Shown: piece by piece, positions 46,862-56,459 of the stretch | Position numbering within the stretch: the stretch's first letter is position 1 | How the letters are laid out: every line of letters begins with the position of its first letter | From: an uncultured Polyangiaceae bacterium | Lineage (GTDB): Bacteria > Myxococcota_A > Polyangia > Polyangiales > Polyangiaceae | Length of the DNA stretch: 64,000 nt | Assembly (NCBI GenBank): GCA_964531095.1 | Contig: CAZHED010000001.1 | Span: 321,996 to 385,995 of the forward strand | Direction: 5' to 3' | Translations under genes and position numbers: made by a program | Notes under the pieces: generated by a model | Database searches by the model: none | What the model was told of the DNA's origin: nothing | The model's input: only the letters and a program-made list of their open reading frames with translations

Positions 46862-48649
46862 ATGCACCCCCGGCGCACGCTGCTGACGCTCGCCCTGGCC
46901 CTGTCGTCGTGCACGCCTCCCGCTCCGTCGCGAACCGGCGTGCCCCCGCCGATTCCGGTGGCGACGGCGGCGGCGGCCGGTTTGCCGCCCAGCTTTCCGC
47001 CGGGATGGCCGTATGCCCAGGGGGCGCCGTCGCCCGAGTCGTCTCGAGGAATGGTCGCGACCGACGCTGCGCTTGCCACGAAGGTAGGCGTCGACATGCT
47101 TGCGAACGGCGGGAACGCCGTCGACGCGGCCGTTGCGACGGCACTCGCCCTTGCGGTGGTGTTTCCCAGCGCGGGAAACGTCGGCGGGGGTGGGGTTCTC
47201 GTCGCGCGCGTCGATAGCCGGTCGTACGCGCTCGACTTCCGCGAGACGGCGCCCGCGTCGGCGACCCGCGACATGTATGTCGGTCCAGACGGGAAGGCCA
47301 CGCGCGACTCGCGCGACGGGCTGCGCTCGGTGGGCGTTCCGGGCAGCGTCGCCGGCCTCTGGGAGGCGTGGCACACGCTCGGCTCGAAGCGAAAGACGTG
47401 GGCGGAGCTCGTGGCGCCGGCCATCCGCCTCGCGGACGAGGGATTCGTCGTCGACGAAGCGTTCCAGAAGCCGATCGCGCTCGTCCAGTCGCGCCTTGCG
47501 AAGTACCCCGCTTCCGCTGCGCTCTTCTTGCCGAACGGCGCTCCGCCCGCGGTTGGCGCCACATGGCGCGATCCGGAGCTTGCGAGCGTGCTGCGCCGCA
47601 TCGCCGAACAGGGCCCCGCAGGCTTTTACGATGGTCCGGTGTCCGACGCGATCGCGCGGGCGATGAAGGAGGGCGGCGGCCTGGTGACCGCGGCGGACCT
47701 CGCGGCGTACCGCGCCAAGTGGCGCGCGCCCATGGAGTACGTCTACCGCGGTAGGCACGTCGTCGGCATGCCCCCGCCGTCGTCCGGCGGGCTCACGACA
47801 GCCATGATCGCGCACGTTCTCGAAGGCTGGGACCTGCGCGCGCTCGGGTGGCATTCCGCCGAGGTCGTGCACCTGACCGTCGAAGCAATGCGACGTGCGT
47901 TCGCAGCGCGCAACGCCAAGCTCGGCGATCCCGACTTCGTGAGCAATCCGGTGGGTGAGCTCATGAGCGACGCCTGGGCGCTGCACGAGCGATCGACGAT
48001 CAAGCTCGACCGAGCGACGAGCACCGCTGAGCTGTTCCCGAACCTCGCCGCCGGCGAGAGCGGCGGCCCGCACACGACGCACATGGCGGTGGTTGACGAG
48101 GCCGGCAACGCGGTGGCGCTCACGACGACGTTGAACGTCTGGTTCGGAAGCGGAGTGACCGTGCCCGCCGCCGGCTTCGTCTTGAACGACGAGATGGACG
48201 ACTTCACGTCAATGCCGGGGGCCGCCAACGCCTTCGGCCTCGTCCAGGGCGAGCCCAACGCCATCGCACCCGGAAAGCGGATGCTCTCGTCGATGTCGCC
48301 CACGATCGTCCTGGACTCACGAGGGGGTGTGGATCTCGTGCTTGGTGCAGCCGGCGGGTCACGCATCATCACGACGGTCTTCGAGCAGCTGTCGAACGCG
48401 ATCGATTTCGGAATGAGCGCCGGCGACGCCGTGCGGGCGCCCCGATTCCACCAGCAGGATTGGCCGGACGTCACGTTGCTCGAGCCGCACTCGCTCCCCG
48501 AGGACGTGCGACGTGCGCTCGAGAAGATGGGGCACTCCACCCAAGACGTGGAGCACATCGCCGATGCGCCTGCGATTGGCCGCGAGCGCGGGCTTTGGCT
48601 GGGCGCCGCCGAGCCCCGGCGCGAGGGGTCGCTCGCGCTGGGGCCGTGA
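46862..48649 (+). CDS. ggt: gamma-glutamyltranspeptidase
   Basis: The signal/lipobox is LALALSSC. The autoprocessing site GGPHTTHMAVVD is present, along with GGSRIITTV. The start is ATG at 46862 or GTG at 46844. Confidence 0.9.
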   Translation: MHPRRTLLTLALALSSCTPPAPSRTGVPPPIPVATAAAAGLPPSFPPGWPYAQGAPSPESSRGMVATDAALATKVGVDMLANGGNAVDAAVATALALAVVFPSAGNVGGGGVLVARVDSRSYALDFRETAPASATRDMYVGPDGKATRDSRDGLRSVGVPGSVAGLWEAWHTLGSKRKTWAELVAPAIRLADEGFVVDEAFQKPIALVQSRLAKYPASAALFLPNGAPPAVGATWRDPELASVLRRIAEQGPAGFYDGPVSDAIARAMKEGGGLVTAADLAAYRAKWRAPMEYVYRGRHVVGMPPPSSGGLTTAMIAHVLEGWDLRALGWHSAEVVHLTVEAMRRAFAARNAKLGDPDFVSNPVGELMSDAWALHERSTIKLDRATSTAELFPNLAAGESGGPHTTHMAVVDEAGNAVALTTTLNVWFGSGVTVPAAGFVLNDEMDDFTSMPGAANAFGLVQGEPNAIAPGKRMLSSMSPTIVLDSRGGVDLVLGAAGGSRIITTVFEQLSNAIDFGMSAGDAVRAPRFHQQDWPDVTLLEPHSLPEDVRRALEKMGHSTQDVEHIADAPAIGRERGLWLGAAEPRREGSLALGP

Positions 48650-48659
48650 AGCACGCGCG

Positions 48660-51600
48660 CTATTGAGCGACGCCCCCGCACTGCCCCCGCACGCCGTTGC
48701 CGCCGCAGGTGGCCGGGGGCACGCACGAGCCGCAATCGAGCAAGTTGCCGCATCCGTCGCCCGCGTAGCCGCAGTTGATCTTCTGCTGCTCGCAGCTCAG
48801 CGGCGCGCAGCTGCCGCCCTCCGGACCCATGCACTGGCCGGAGACGCACGTCGCCGGGGCCGTGCACGGTCCGCAGTCGATCGCGTTGCCGCAGCCGTCT
48901 CCCGCCATGCCGCACGCCAGGTTCTGCTGCGCACACGTCGCGGGGGCGCACCCGCCGTCCGATCCGCTGCAGCTTCCGTTGATGCACGCGCTTCCGGCCG
49001 GGCACGATCCGCAATCGAGGACGTTGCCGCACCCGTCGCCCGTCTGACCGCATTGAAGGTCCTGTTGACCGCACGACGCGGGGACGCACCCGCTGCCCCC
49101 GTCGAAACCCACGCACTGGCCGCCGACGCACGTCTCCGGGGACGTGCACGCGCCGCAGTCGAGGACGTTGCCGCAGCCATCGCCCGCTTGCCCGCACGCG
49201 AGGCTCTGCTGCTGACACGAAGTCGGGACGCAGCTTCCGGCGTCGGACCCGACGCACTGACCGCCGATGCACGCCGCAGGGGCGGTGCACATGCCGCAAT
49301 TGAGCGTGTTGCCGCATCCGTCGCCCGTCTGGCCGCACTGCAGGCCCTGCTGCTGGCAGGTCTGCGGGTGGCACGTCCCGCCGTCCGGGGCGCCGCACTG
49401 GCCCGCGACCCCTCCTCCTCCGCACGTGAGCGGCGAGGTGCACGTGCCGCAGTTGAGCTGACCTCCGCATCCGTCGCCTGCCGGGCCGCAGCCGACGCCT
49501 TTTTGCTGGCAGGTGAGGGGCACGCAGCTCGTCGTGGGCGGGCCCGCGCACGAGGCGAGGTCGAAGACCATGTACTCCAGGATCTTCTCCTGGGCGCTGA
49601 AGGTCGTCGTGCACTCGGCCGGGAACGTGATGCCTTTGGTGCTGCTCTTGCCGCCCGCGATCTGCGAGACGTGAAAGTCGCTGAAGATAGCGTGCCCGCA
49701 CGTCGTCGTCGCGCCGGCGTCGGCGGCAGGGACCGGCGTGTTGAACGTGAAGTGCTCGACCATCGAGTTGTTTTTCTGGGGGTCGGTCCCGTCGATCCAG
49801 TCGAGCGTTTGGCCCACGACGTAGTCCGCGTCGTGTCGGGGGTTGTTGATCGACACGTGCGGCTGCGCCGGCAGGGGGGTGGCCCCGTTCGAGAGCGCTC
49901 CCACCAGGTTCAGCCACTTGGCGAACGTCCCGCCGTGAGCCGCTGGCGGAGAAGGCGGCGCGACGACGCTCGCGTTGAGCGTCCAGTTCACGTTGCCGGG
50001 ATTGTTGTAGTCCGGATGCCAGTGGACCACGCCGTTGAACTCGCCGTTGCCGGAGAGCCACGAGTAGCTGTAGTGGGTCGCGAAGAAGTGCCCGCCGTTG
50101 TCGGCGTACGAGATGAGGTTCGCGAGCTCCGCGGCGGTCTTTTGGGCCGGGCTGCCCCAGCACGGCAGCATGACCTGGTCGTAGTTCATGAACGTGCCGC
50201 CCGTATCCAAGAGGAAGCTCTCGGCGCGCGTGGCCGCGCCCGCCGTGGCGCCCGGCGTGCCCCCGTTGGGGCCGTTGGGACCGCCGCCGTAGATGTGGAT
50301 CCGCCCGCTGCCCGTGTCGGGCGTGAACTCCGTCTGGTCGACGCCCATCTTGAGAAGGACGCATTCGAGCGGGTCGACCGAGCCGGTGGAGACGGCGGTG
50401 AGCGGGATATCCCCCTCGCTCTTGTTGCGGGGCAGGTTCAGATCGCCGAGGGCGGTCGACGCGCAGGCAGGGATGTGAACCTGCAGCAGGCGCCGCCATC
50501 GACCGAGCTGAATGACGAGGGGGACGCTGCTCCCGGCCGGGACGTCGGTCAGCGTGAAGGTCCCGTCGAAGTCCGTGTAGGTCGACACGAGCGGGTTGCC
50601 CGAGACGTCCGCGCCGCACTGACGGCAGGCAGCGCCGCGCGTGAACGGCTGAAGGCCGCTGACCCCTGCGTTGGGCACGTACACGAGCACGTTGGGGACC
50701 GGGTCGGCGGGCAAGCCGGTCCAGGCGGAGAGGCCCGCGCGCACGGTCCCGGTGACGGTCGTCTGGGCCCCCCCGTCGCACGCAGCAAGCTGCTGGCAGA
50801 GACCCTGACAGCCGCATTGACCGGGGACACCCCCGCCGCCGCAGGATTGCGGCGCCGTGCACGAGCCGCACGAAAGCAGGCCGCCGCATCCGTCGCCGGC
50901 GGGACCGCAGCCGATGGCCTGGGACTGGCAGGTCGTGGGCGAGCAGAGGCTGACGGAGCCACCGTCCGCGCCGACGCCGACCGGCAGGCCACACTTGTTG
51001 AAGCCGCCGGCTCCGCACACCTCCGGCGCCGCGCACGTGCCGCACTGAAGAAGCGCGCCGCACCCGTCGCTCGCCGGGCCGCATTCGTATCCGAGTGAGG
51101 AGCACGTGTTCGGGTTGCACGAAAAGAGGGGACCGCCATCGGGGCCGATGCCGGGCGGCAAGCCGCACTTGCTGAATCCGCCGCCGCCGCACGTCTGCGG
51201 CGCTGCGCACGTCCCGCATTGGAGAAGCCCGCCGCACCCATCGGCCGCGGCCCCGCACGTGTATCCGAGCGCGGCACACGTCGTCGGCGTGCACGACGAG
51301 ATCAGTCCGCCATCGGGGCCGATGCCGGGCGGCAAGCCGCACTTGCTGAATCCGCCGCCGCCGCACGTCTCGGGCGCCGCGCACGTCCCGCATTGGAGAA
51401 GCCCCCCGCAGCTGTCGGCGGCCGGCCCGCAGTCGTAGCCGAGTGCCGTGCAGGTCGTCGGGGTGCAGGACGAACCGCTGTCCGCGCTCGGGGCGAACGA
51501 GCCGCACTTGCTGAACCCGCCGCCGCCGCACGTTTCAGGCGCCGCGCATGTGCCGCAGTCGAGGACGCCGCCGCAGCCGTCGCCGTTCTTGCCGCAGGTG

Positions 51601-52025
51601 TAGCCGATCGATTGGCAGGTGATCGGCGTGCACGCGACCGAGCCGCCGTCGCCGATCGAGGCGTCGTTCGAGCCGCCGCCAACACCGCAGACGCTGTATC
51701 CTCCGGCGCCGCAGATCTGTCCCGACGGGCACGAGCCGCAGTCGAGAGCTCCGCCGCAGCCGTCACTGTTCTTTCCACAGTTGAATCCGAGGTCGGCGCA
51801 CGTTTTGGGCGCGCACCCGCCTCCATCGCCGATCGTCAGCAACGCGCCGTCGTAGGACTGCCCCACAGCGCCGTCGCTGCCCGACCCGGGCAGCGAGGCA
51901 TCGCCGCCCGCTCCATTGACGGTGAACTGGCTGCCCACGCCGCTCCCGCACGCGAGGACCGCGCCGCCGAGGGCAAACGCAGTCGCGAGCCGGCGCACCC
52001 ACTGACCCTGACCATGCATTCCCAT
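48660..52025 (-). CDS. giant secreted Cys-rich repeat protein: 6 repeats + CarboxypepD_reg-like/unknown core + 6 repeats
   Basis: The ATG at 52025 is preceded by GGAGG, and the signal is WVRRLATAFALGGAVLACG. There are 12 copies of C.P.TC...G..CG...DGCG..L.CG.C..P..C. The central region of about 400 aa begins with a TDFDGTFTLTDVPAG beta-sandwich. Confidence 0.75.
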   Translation of the reverse strand: MGMHGQGQWVRRLATAFALGGAVLACGSGVGSQFTVNGAGGDASLPGSGSDGAVGQSYDGALLTIGDGGGCAPKTCADLGFNCGKNSDGCGGALDCGSCPSGQICGAGGYSVCGVGGGSNDASIGDGGSVACTPITCQSIGYTCGKNGDGCGGVLDCGTCAAPETCGGGGFSKCGSFAPSADSGSSCTPTTCTALGYDCGPAADSCGGLLQCGTCAAPETCGGGGFSKCGLPPGIGPDGGLISSCTPTTCAALGYTCGAAADGCGGLLQCGTCAAPQTCGGGGFSKCGLPPGIGPDGGPLFSCNPNTCSSLGYECGPASDGCGALLQCGTCAAPEVCGAGGFNKCGLPVGVGADGGSVSLCSPTTCQSQAIGCGPAGDGCGGLLSCGSCTAPQSCGGGGVPGQCGCQGLCQQLAACDGGAQTTVTGTVRAGLSAWTGLPADPVPNVLVYVPNAGVSGLQPFTRGAACRQCGADVSGNPLVSTYTDFDGTFTLTDVPAGSSVPLVIQLGRWRRLLQVHIPACASTALGDLNLPRNKSEGDIPLTAVSTGSVDPLECVLLKMGVDQTEFTPDTGSGRIHIYGGGPNGPNGGTPGATAGAATRAESFLLDTGGTFMNYDQVMLPCWGSPAQKTAAELANLISYADNGGHFFATHYSYSWLSGNGEFNGVVHWHPDYNNPGNVNWTLNASVVAPPSPPAAHGGTFAKWLNLVGALSNGATPLPAQPHVSINNPRHDADYVVGQTLDWIDGTDPQKNNSMVEHFTFNTPVPAADAGATTTCGHAIFSDFHVSQIAGGKSSTKGITFPAECTTTFSAQEKILEYMVFDLASCAGPPTTSCVPLTCQQKGVGCGPAGDGCGGQLNCGTCTSPLTCGGGGVAGQCGAPDGGTCHPQTCQQQGLQCGQTGDGCGNTLNCGMCTAPAACIGGQCVGSDAGSCVPTSCQQQSLACGQAGDGCGNVLDCGACTSPETCVGGQCVGFDGGSGCVPASCGQQDLQCGQTGDGCGNVLDCGSCPAGSACINGSCSGSDGGCAPATCAQQNLACGMAGDGCGNAIDCGPCTAPATCVSGQCMGPEGGSCAPLSCEQQKINCGYAGDGCGNLLDCGSCVPPATCGGNGVRGQCGGVAQ
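48675..49526 (-). repeat. C-terminal block of six in-frame Cys-rich coding repeats (about 47 aa each)
   Basis: Residues 857-1140 of the track ORF, for example CVPTSCQQQSLACGQAGDGCGNVLDCGACTSPETCVGGQCVG. Confidence 0.8.
50808..51815 (-). repeat. N-terminal block of six in-frame Cys-rich coding repeats (about 58-aa period)
   Basis: Residues 94-429 of the track ORF. The DNA segments 51133-51236 and 51307-51410 differ at only 4 of 104 positions by my count. Confidence 0.8.
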
Positions 52026-52081
52026 CGAGCGAGCCTCCAACGCCTCCTGCCCAAACAAGGAAGCGGATGACTGCTCATTAT

Positions 52082-52110
52082 GTTCTATTTGCAAAAATAT
52101 GCTGCGTCAA
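52082..52110 (-). promoter_or_regulatory. candidate sigma70-type promoter of the Cys-rich repeat gene
   Basis: On the minus strand, TTGACG (52110-52105), a 17-nt spacer and TAGAAC (52087-52082), with CATAAT just downstream. This is the only AT-rich patch in the 288-bp upstream spacer. The hexamers are imperfect. Confidence 0.3.
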
Positions 52111-52313
52111 AATAGGGGCTCATGGACACGATTCTCGTGGCGAACTACCGATTCGGCGGGACTGCGTCCTGGCGCTGGGCCGCCGTATCGTTGCGTACTT
52201 GCTGGCATTGGATGGGAACTGCGAGACCCGAGCGGATGTGTGGCTCGGGTTCCAAAGGTCTTGAAGGGTATGTCTATGTCTTATTCGTCTTACCAGCGTA
52301 CCTGCCTACCAGC

Positions 52314-52919
52314 CTACCAAGCTTGCGACGGCGGCAACGGAGTCGGTTGCGGCAATCCATGCGATGCGTCCGGGGCGATCACGTAGCTGGCGCGGACGGC
52401 GTTCTGAAGATAGTCGACGTCTCCGTCCAGCTTCGCCGAGACGTCTTCCGAGGCGCGCAACTCGAGCTCACGCAAATCCTGGAGAACTTTCCCGCGGTTG
52501 ATCTCGAGATCGCTCAGCGCGGCGTCCACGTCTTCGCGCGGCGCGGAGTCGCCGGCGCTTCTCTCCATTCGGCGCAGCCGGTCGACTTGCAGGGAGGCGA
52601 GCCCGACGACCTTGACCGCGCGCGCGCGGCCGTTTGGAGGCGACTCCGTCGCGCTCTCCGCCGGGGGTGCCTCCACCGAGCCACCCGGGGGCGCCTCGAC
52701 GTCGTCGACGGCGGGCGGCGGCGGCTGCTGCGCGCTGGTGACGCCCGGCCGCGGCTGCGTCGCTGTGACGGCGGGCGCAATCGTGTAGCCGATGGGCACG
52801 CGTTCCTCTTCGACGCAACCGATCGCAAGGGCGCTCCCCACGAGCGCGCTGGCCCAACCACGGACGGCGATGGACTTCACAGCTGCGCTCGAGGTGCAGC
52901 GAGCGTACCGGGTCCGCAT
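52314..52919 (-). CDS. hypothetical lipoprotein with Pro-rich spacer and helical C-terminal part
   Basis: The lipobox is ALVGSALAIGC. The start is ATG at 52919 or GTG at 52880. I recognised no family. Confidence 0.5.
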   Translation of the reverse strand: MRTRYARCTSSAAVKSIAVRGWASALVGSALAIGCVEEERVPIGYTIAPAVTATQPRPGVTSAQQPPPPAVDDVEAPPGGSVEAPPAESATESPPNGRARAVKVVGLASLQVDRLRRMERSAGDSAPREDVDAALSDLEINRGKVLQDLRELELRASEDVSAKLDGDVDYLQNAVRASYVIAPDASHGLPQPTPLPPSQAW

Positions 52920-53025
52920 CGGGCTGGAGGAACCGCTGCGCTCTCCTGGGCCTGTGCCGAGGTTTTGGCCGGGGGGGCTCTACGGGGCGGCAGAGCAGAA
53001 GGCGGCAGGACGAGGCCGCGCTCAC

Positions 53026-55899
53026 CTAGAGCTTGAGCGCGCGGGCCTCGGCGTTGTCTGGATCGAGCTGGAGCGCCTGATCACGGTGCAAGCGAGCCGA
53101 CGAGGCATCGCCCAGAACGAGGCGCTCACGTGCCAGCAGCGCATGCGCCGCCGCCTTCTCGTGCGGCTTGCTGTCGCAGAGGAGGGCGCTCTCGAGCTCG
53201 AACGCAGCGAGCTCGTGATTCGCCGTTGCCGACAGCGCACGCGCATAGTCCGTATGCACCGCCGCGCTCGCCAGATCGACGTAGATCGCTGCCGCGCCGA
53301 CCTCGCGCGCCTCTTCCCATCGCTGCGCCGAAACGAGCTGATCGAGCAGCAGGTTGTAGGCGCGCCGGTCGTGCTGGTCGAGGCGTGCGATGTCGCGAAG
53401 TGCCGCGAGGGCGTCCGGTTCGCGCTTATCGGCAACCGCCAAGTCGTACAGATCGCGCAGAGGCTCGGTTTGCGTCGGATCGAACCGGTGAGCGGCCTCC
53501 AGCGCGGCCCGCTCCGCCGCCTCGTCGCGCCGATCCTTCGCGGCCTCGGCAAGTCCCATCTCGACCGCGTAGCCATCGCCGCCCGCGGTCTTGATGGCGA
53601 GAAGGTGGGTCTCTTGGCCGCCGGCGTCCTTGTCCAGCGCTGCGAGCTTGGCGGCCACGAAGTGGGCATCCATGTCGGCTGGCGCGATGCGCAGGGCCTC
53701 TCCGATCTCCCGCTGCGCGTCGGCGGGCCGGTGCGCTTGCAGGAGCGCGATGGCCAAGACGACGTGCGGGTGAACGGCGTTCGGGTTCACCGCGACGGCT
53801 GCCCGCGCGTCGTCGACGGCTCCCGCCCTGACGTCGAGCATGTACTGGCCCTCGTACCGAGCTAGCCGCGCAAGCGCCCACGCATGGAAGCGGGCGTCGT
53901 AGTCCTCGGGAGAAACACCGAAGGCTTCGTGGATGACGTCCGCCGTGCGCTTGCCTTGGCCCCAGAGCCTCAGCGCACGGGTGATTCCCGGAAAGCCGAA
54001 CTGCTCCGCCGTGAATGCGAGCATCTGGCTCGCCGCGTAGTAGGCGACGGTGACGTCCAGGTCGCCCTCGGCGTGAGTGAAGGCGCGGTTCATGTCGAGG
54101 GCGCCGGGAAGGGCGTTCCGCTTGAGCGCGAGGTAGAGCTCCGGATCGAGCTCGCGCTGCCACTCCGGACGGCGAATCATCGTTTCGTATTCGGACAGTC
54201 CCTCGGTGAACCATCGGGGAACATGATTCTTCGAGAGCTGAATGGCAAACACGTGCGCGAGCTCGTGCCAGAGGACGTTCCCCCAGTTGAACGGCTCGCT
54301 GTTCGGGCTCATGGCGGCCACGACGTGCCCGAAGCAAACTCCTTCGATGCCGATATTCGGGAGGCCACTCGTTCGAACGCTGAAGTGCTGCCGCTGGCGA
54401 TACATCTCGACGGCCACCGGCGTGGCGGGCGCGAACATGTAGTGCGCCTTCATGGCTCCCCACGCTTCTCCGAGCATGTGCGGCACGTAGCGCTCGAGGA
54501 GCGGACGCTCGTCCTTCGGGTAGCGCAGGTCGAAGATGCCGGCGCGGGCCGCGTCGTACTGCTGCGGGATCCACTGCCCGTAGAGCATCTCGAGCGTGTT
54601 GTAGACGCGAACGTTGAAGTGGTCGCCTTTCCAGGCCTGCTCGAGGGACTTCACGCCGTCGGCCTCGTCGCCCGCGCGCGTCTGCATCAACCCGAGCTGA
54701 GCCCACGCCTTGCTGTCCTTCGGGTCCAGCAAGGTGGCCTCTTTCATCATCGCGACGACATCCTCATACCGATGTTCCCATTCGGCGTACTCGCCGATGA
54801 TCCCGAAGGCGGCCGAGAACTCCTTATTGTGCGCGAAAACCGCCCGCTTGGCCGACTCGAATCCGGCCTTGTCGTCGGCCAAGAAGCGGGCCGCGGCTCG
54901 CAAGCTGAGGAGCTCCAAGTCGCTCGCGTCGACGGCCAGGCCCGCGTCGATTGCCTTGTTCGCGGCGTCCAGGGTCATGTCGCGCAGCGCGATACCCGCT
55001 CGTACGGCGAAGGCGCGCGTGCTCTTTGGGTTCACGATCAGGGCGTCGCGCACGAGCCCCTCGGCGGCCTCGAAGTCGAACGCCTCTTCGAGCTTGACCC
55101 GCGCGAGCATGGCGATGGCGTCCGCGCGATGGGGCGCGATCTTCAGCGCCTCGGCGAGCACGCCCTCGGCGTGCCCCGGATCGTAATTGTCGATGTAGAG
55201 ATCGGCGCGCCACAGCAGAGTCTCGACCCGTTGGGTCCCGCGGGTTGCGCCTTCTTGCGCGTCGGGCCGGCGGGGGCCGGCGGCGGCGACGTCGGCGCGC
55301 TCGCTCTCGTTGTAGGCACGGTTGGCGTCCTTCACGTGCCGTAGCAAGTGCATCGCGCGGCCGACCATCGCGAGCCCCTCGGCATCGCTAGAAGGGATCG
55401 CGTCGCTTCCGTACTCGTCCGCGAACTTGAGGAGGATCGGCTCGGCGTCGGCCCGCCGGCCGGCGCGGACGAGCAGCTCGCCGAGCTCGAGCCGCACGCG
55501 ACGGCCGCCGACTCCAGGCGCGTCCTTCTCCGGTTCGAGGAGCGGAATGGCGTCGTCGATCTTCCCTTCTGCCGCGAGGATCTCGCCCCGCAAGCCGAGC
55601 GCGACCAGCCTCTGGGCTCCGCCCGCCGCGACCGCCTGCTGCGCGAACCGATCCGCGTCCCCGAAGCGACCCTGCTCGAGCATGATCCGCGCAAGGGCGA
55701 CGAGGGCGCTTGGTCGTTCGGCTCCGACCACGGCGCGAAGCGCTTTCTCGGCGGCCGGGTAGTCGCTCGAGCGTGCCGCCTCGAGTGCGCCGGCCAGCGT
55801 TGTGCTCGGCGGGGCAGCGCCGTGCGCAGGTTGGCCCTGCAGCGGGTCGGAGAGTGAGCCGAGGACCACGAGCGTGGACACGAAGAGTGCGTACTTCAT
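53026..55899 (-). CDS. TPR-repeat protein with embedded HExxH...E (peptidase MA-like) module
   Basis: 957 aa with a signal peptide MKYALFVSTLVVLGSL. TPR-like helical repeats lie on both sides of VLWHELAHVFAIQLSKNHVPRWFTEGLSEYE. Confidence 0.75.
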   Translation of the reverse strand: MKYALFVSTLVVLGSLSDPLQGQPAHGAAPPSTTLAGALEAARSSDYPAAEKALRAVVGAERPSALVALARIMLEQGRFGDADRFAQQAVAAGGAQRLVALGLRGEILAAEGKIDDAIPLLEPEKDAPGVGGRRVRLELGELLVRAGRRADAEPILLKFADEYGSDAIPSSDAEGLAMVGRAMHLLRHVKDANRAYNESERADVAAAGPRRPDAQEGATRGTQRVETLLWRADLYIDNYDPGHAEGVLAEALKIAPHRADAIAMLARVKLEEAFDFEAAEGLVRDALIVNPKSTRAFAVRAGIALRDMTLDAANKAIDAGLAVDASDLELLSLRAAARFLADDKAGFESAKRAVFAHNKEFSAAFGIIGEYAEWEHRYEDVVAMMKEATLLDPKDSKAWAQLGLMQTRAGDEADGVKSLEQAWKGDHFNVRVYNTLEMLYGQWIPQQYDAARAGIFDLRYPKDERPLLERYVPHMLGEAWGAMKAHYMFAPATPVAVEMYRQRQHFSVRTSGLPNIGIEGVCFGHVVAAMSPNSEPFNWGNVLWHELAHVFAIQLSKNHVPRWFTEGLSEYETMIRRPEWQRELDPELYLALKRNALPGALDMNRAFTHAEGDLDVTVAYYAASQMLAFTAEQFGFPGITRALRLWGQGKRTADVIHEAFGVSPEDYDARFHAWALARLARYEGQYMLDVRAGAVDDARAAVAVNPNAVHPHVVLAIALLQAHRPADAQREIGEALRIAPADMDAHFVAAKLAALDKDAGGQETHLLAIKTAGGDGYAVEMGLAEAAKDRRDEAAERAALEAAHRFDPTQTEPLRDLYDLAVADKREPDALAALRDIARLDQHDRRAYNLLLDQLVSAQRWEEAREVGAAAIYVDLASAAVHTDYARALSATANHELAAFELESALLCDSKPHEKAAAHALLARERLVLGDASSARLHRDQALQLDPDNAEARALKL

Positions 55900-55957
55900 G
55901 GACTGCTTCTCGTAGGTGGTAGCACCCGGATCGGCGGCGCGCCTCGGCTGGACGGGG

Positions 55958-56455
55958 CTACTCGATTTTCAACTCGTCTTCGCGTTCGATCACCTCGCCG
56001 GTGCTGGCGTCGAAGAGCGCGACCATCTCTACCGCGTCCTCGTCGTCCGGATAGTACCGAGCGCGCACACCGGTCGCGAAAAAGCCGATGCTCCGGTAAA
56101 GGGCGAGCGCCCCGTGATTCGAGCGCCGCACCTCGAGGAGCGCGTGTTTCACGCGCTTCTCGCGCGCGTACGCCATGGCCGCGCTCATCAGGGCGCGGCC
56201 GATTCCCCGGCGGCGTCGGTCGGCGCGGGTCGTGACGTTGAGCACGTGCAGCTCGTCGGCCACGTGCCAGGCCGTGAGAAACCCGACGACCTGTTCTCCC
56301 CCTTCGCGCCGCTCGCGCGCGACCCACATGCGTGACCACGACCGCCCGAGCTCCTCGCGAAGGGACGCCTCTTCGACGTTCGACGACGGATCGATCGCCG
56401 CGACCGCTCGAAGGTCGGCGTCGGTCATCGCATCGATCTGAATCTTGGCGCGCAT
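55958..56455 (-). CDS. rimI: GNAT N-acetyltransferase, RimI-like
   Basis: The acetyl-CoA site is RRRRGIGRALM. LEVRRSNHGALALYRSIGF is also present. It starts 4 nt after the cheA stop. Confidence 0.7.
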   Translation of the reverse strand: MRAKIQIDAMTDADLRAVAAIDPSSNVEEASLREELGRSWSRMWVARERREGGEQVVGFLTAWHVADELHVLNVTTRADRRRRGIGRALMSAAMAYAREKRVKHALLEVRRSNHGALALYRSIGFFATGVRARYYPDDEDAVEMVALFDASTGEVIEREDELKIE

Positions 56456-56459
56456 CGGA

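Noticed and set aside
45633-47564. N-terminal extensions of composite ORFs (also 17068..19614, 18846..20081, 56460..59348, 60033..62114, 27477..28769, 29391..30713)
   Set aside because: The 5' parts overlap neighbouring well-supported genes and are Arg-rich. Conserved domains begin at internal starts, often coupled to the upstream stop, so I trimmed them.
47743-51531. 1262-aa minus and 861-aa plus ORFs overlapping ggt and the Cys-repeat gene
   Set aside because: They are wrong-frame readings of the repeat gene and give Arg-rich nonsense. Only the 48660..52094 frame yields regular Cys spacing and a signal peptide.
48675-51815. CRISPR-like periodic repeats
   Set aside because: The periodicity is in-frame protein repeats (47-58 aa) with diverged DNA. 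There are no short identical repeats separated by unique spacers, and no cas genes.
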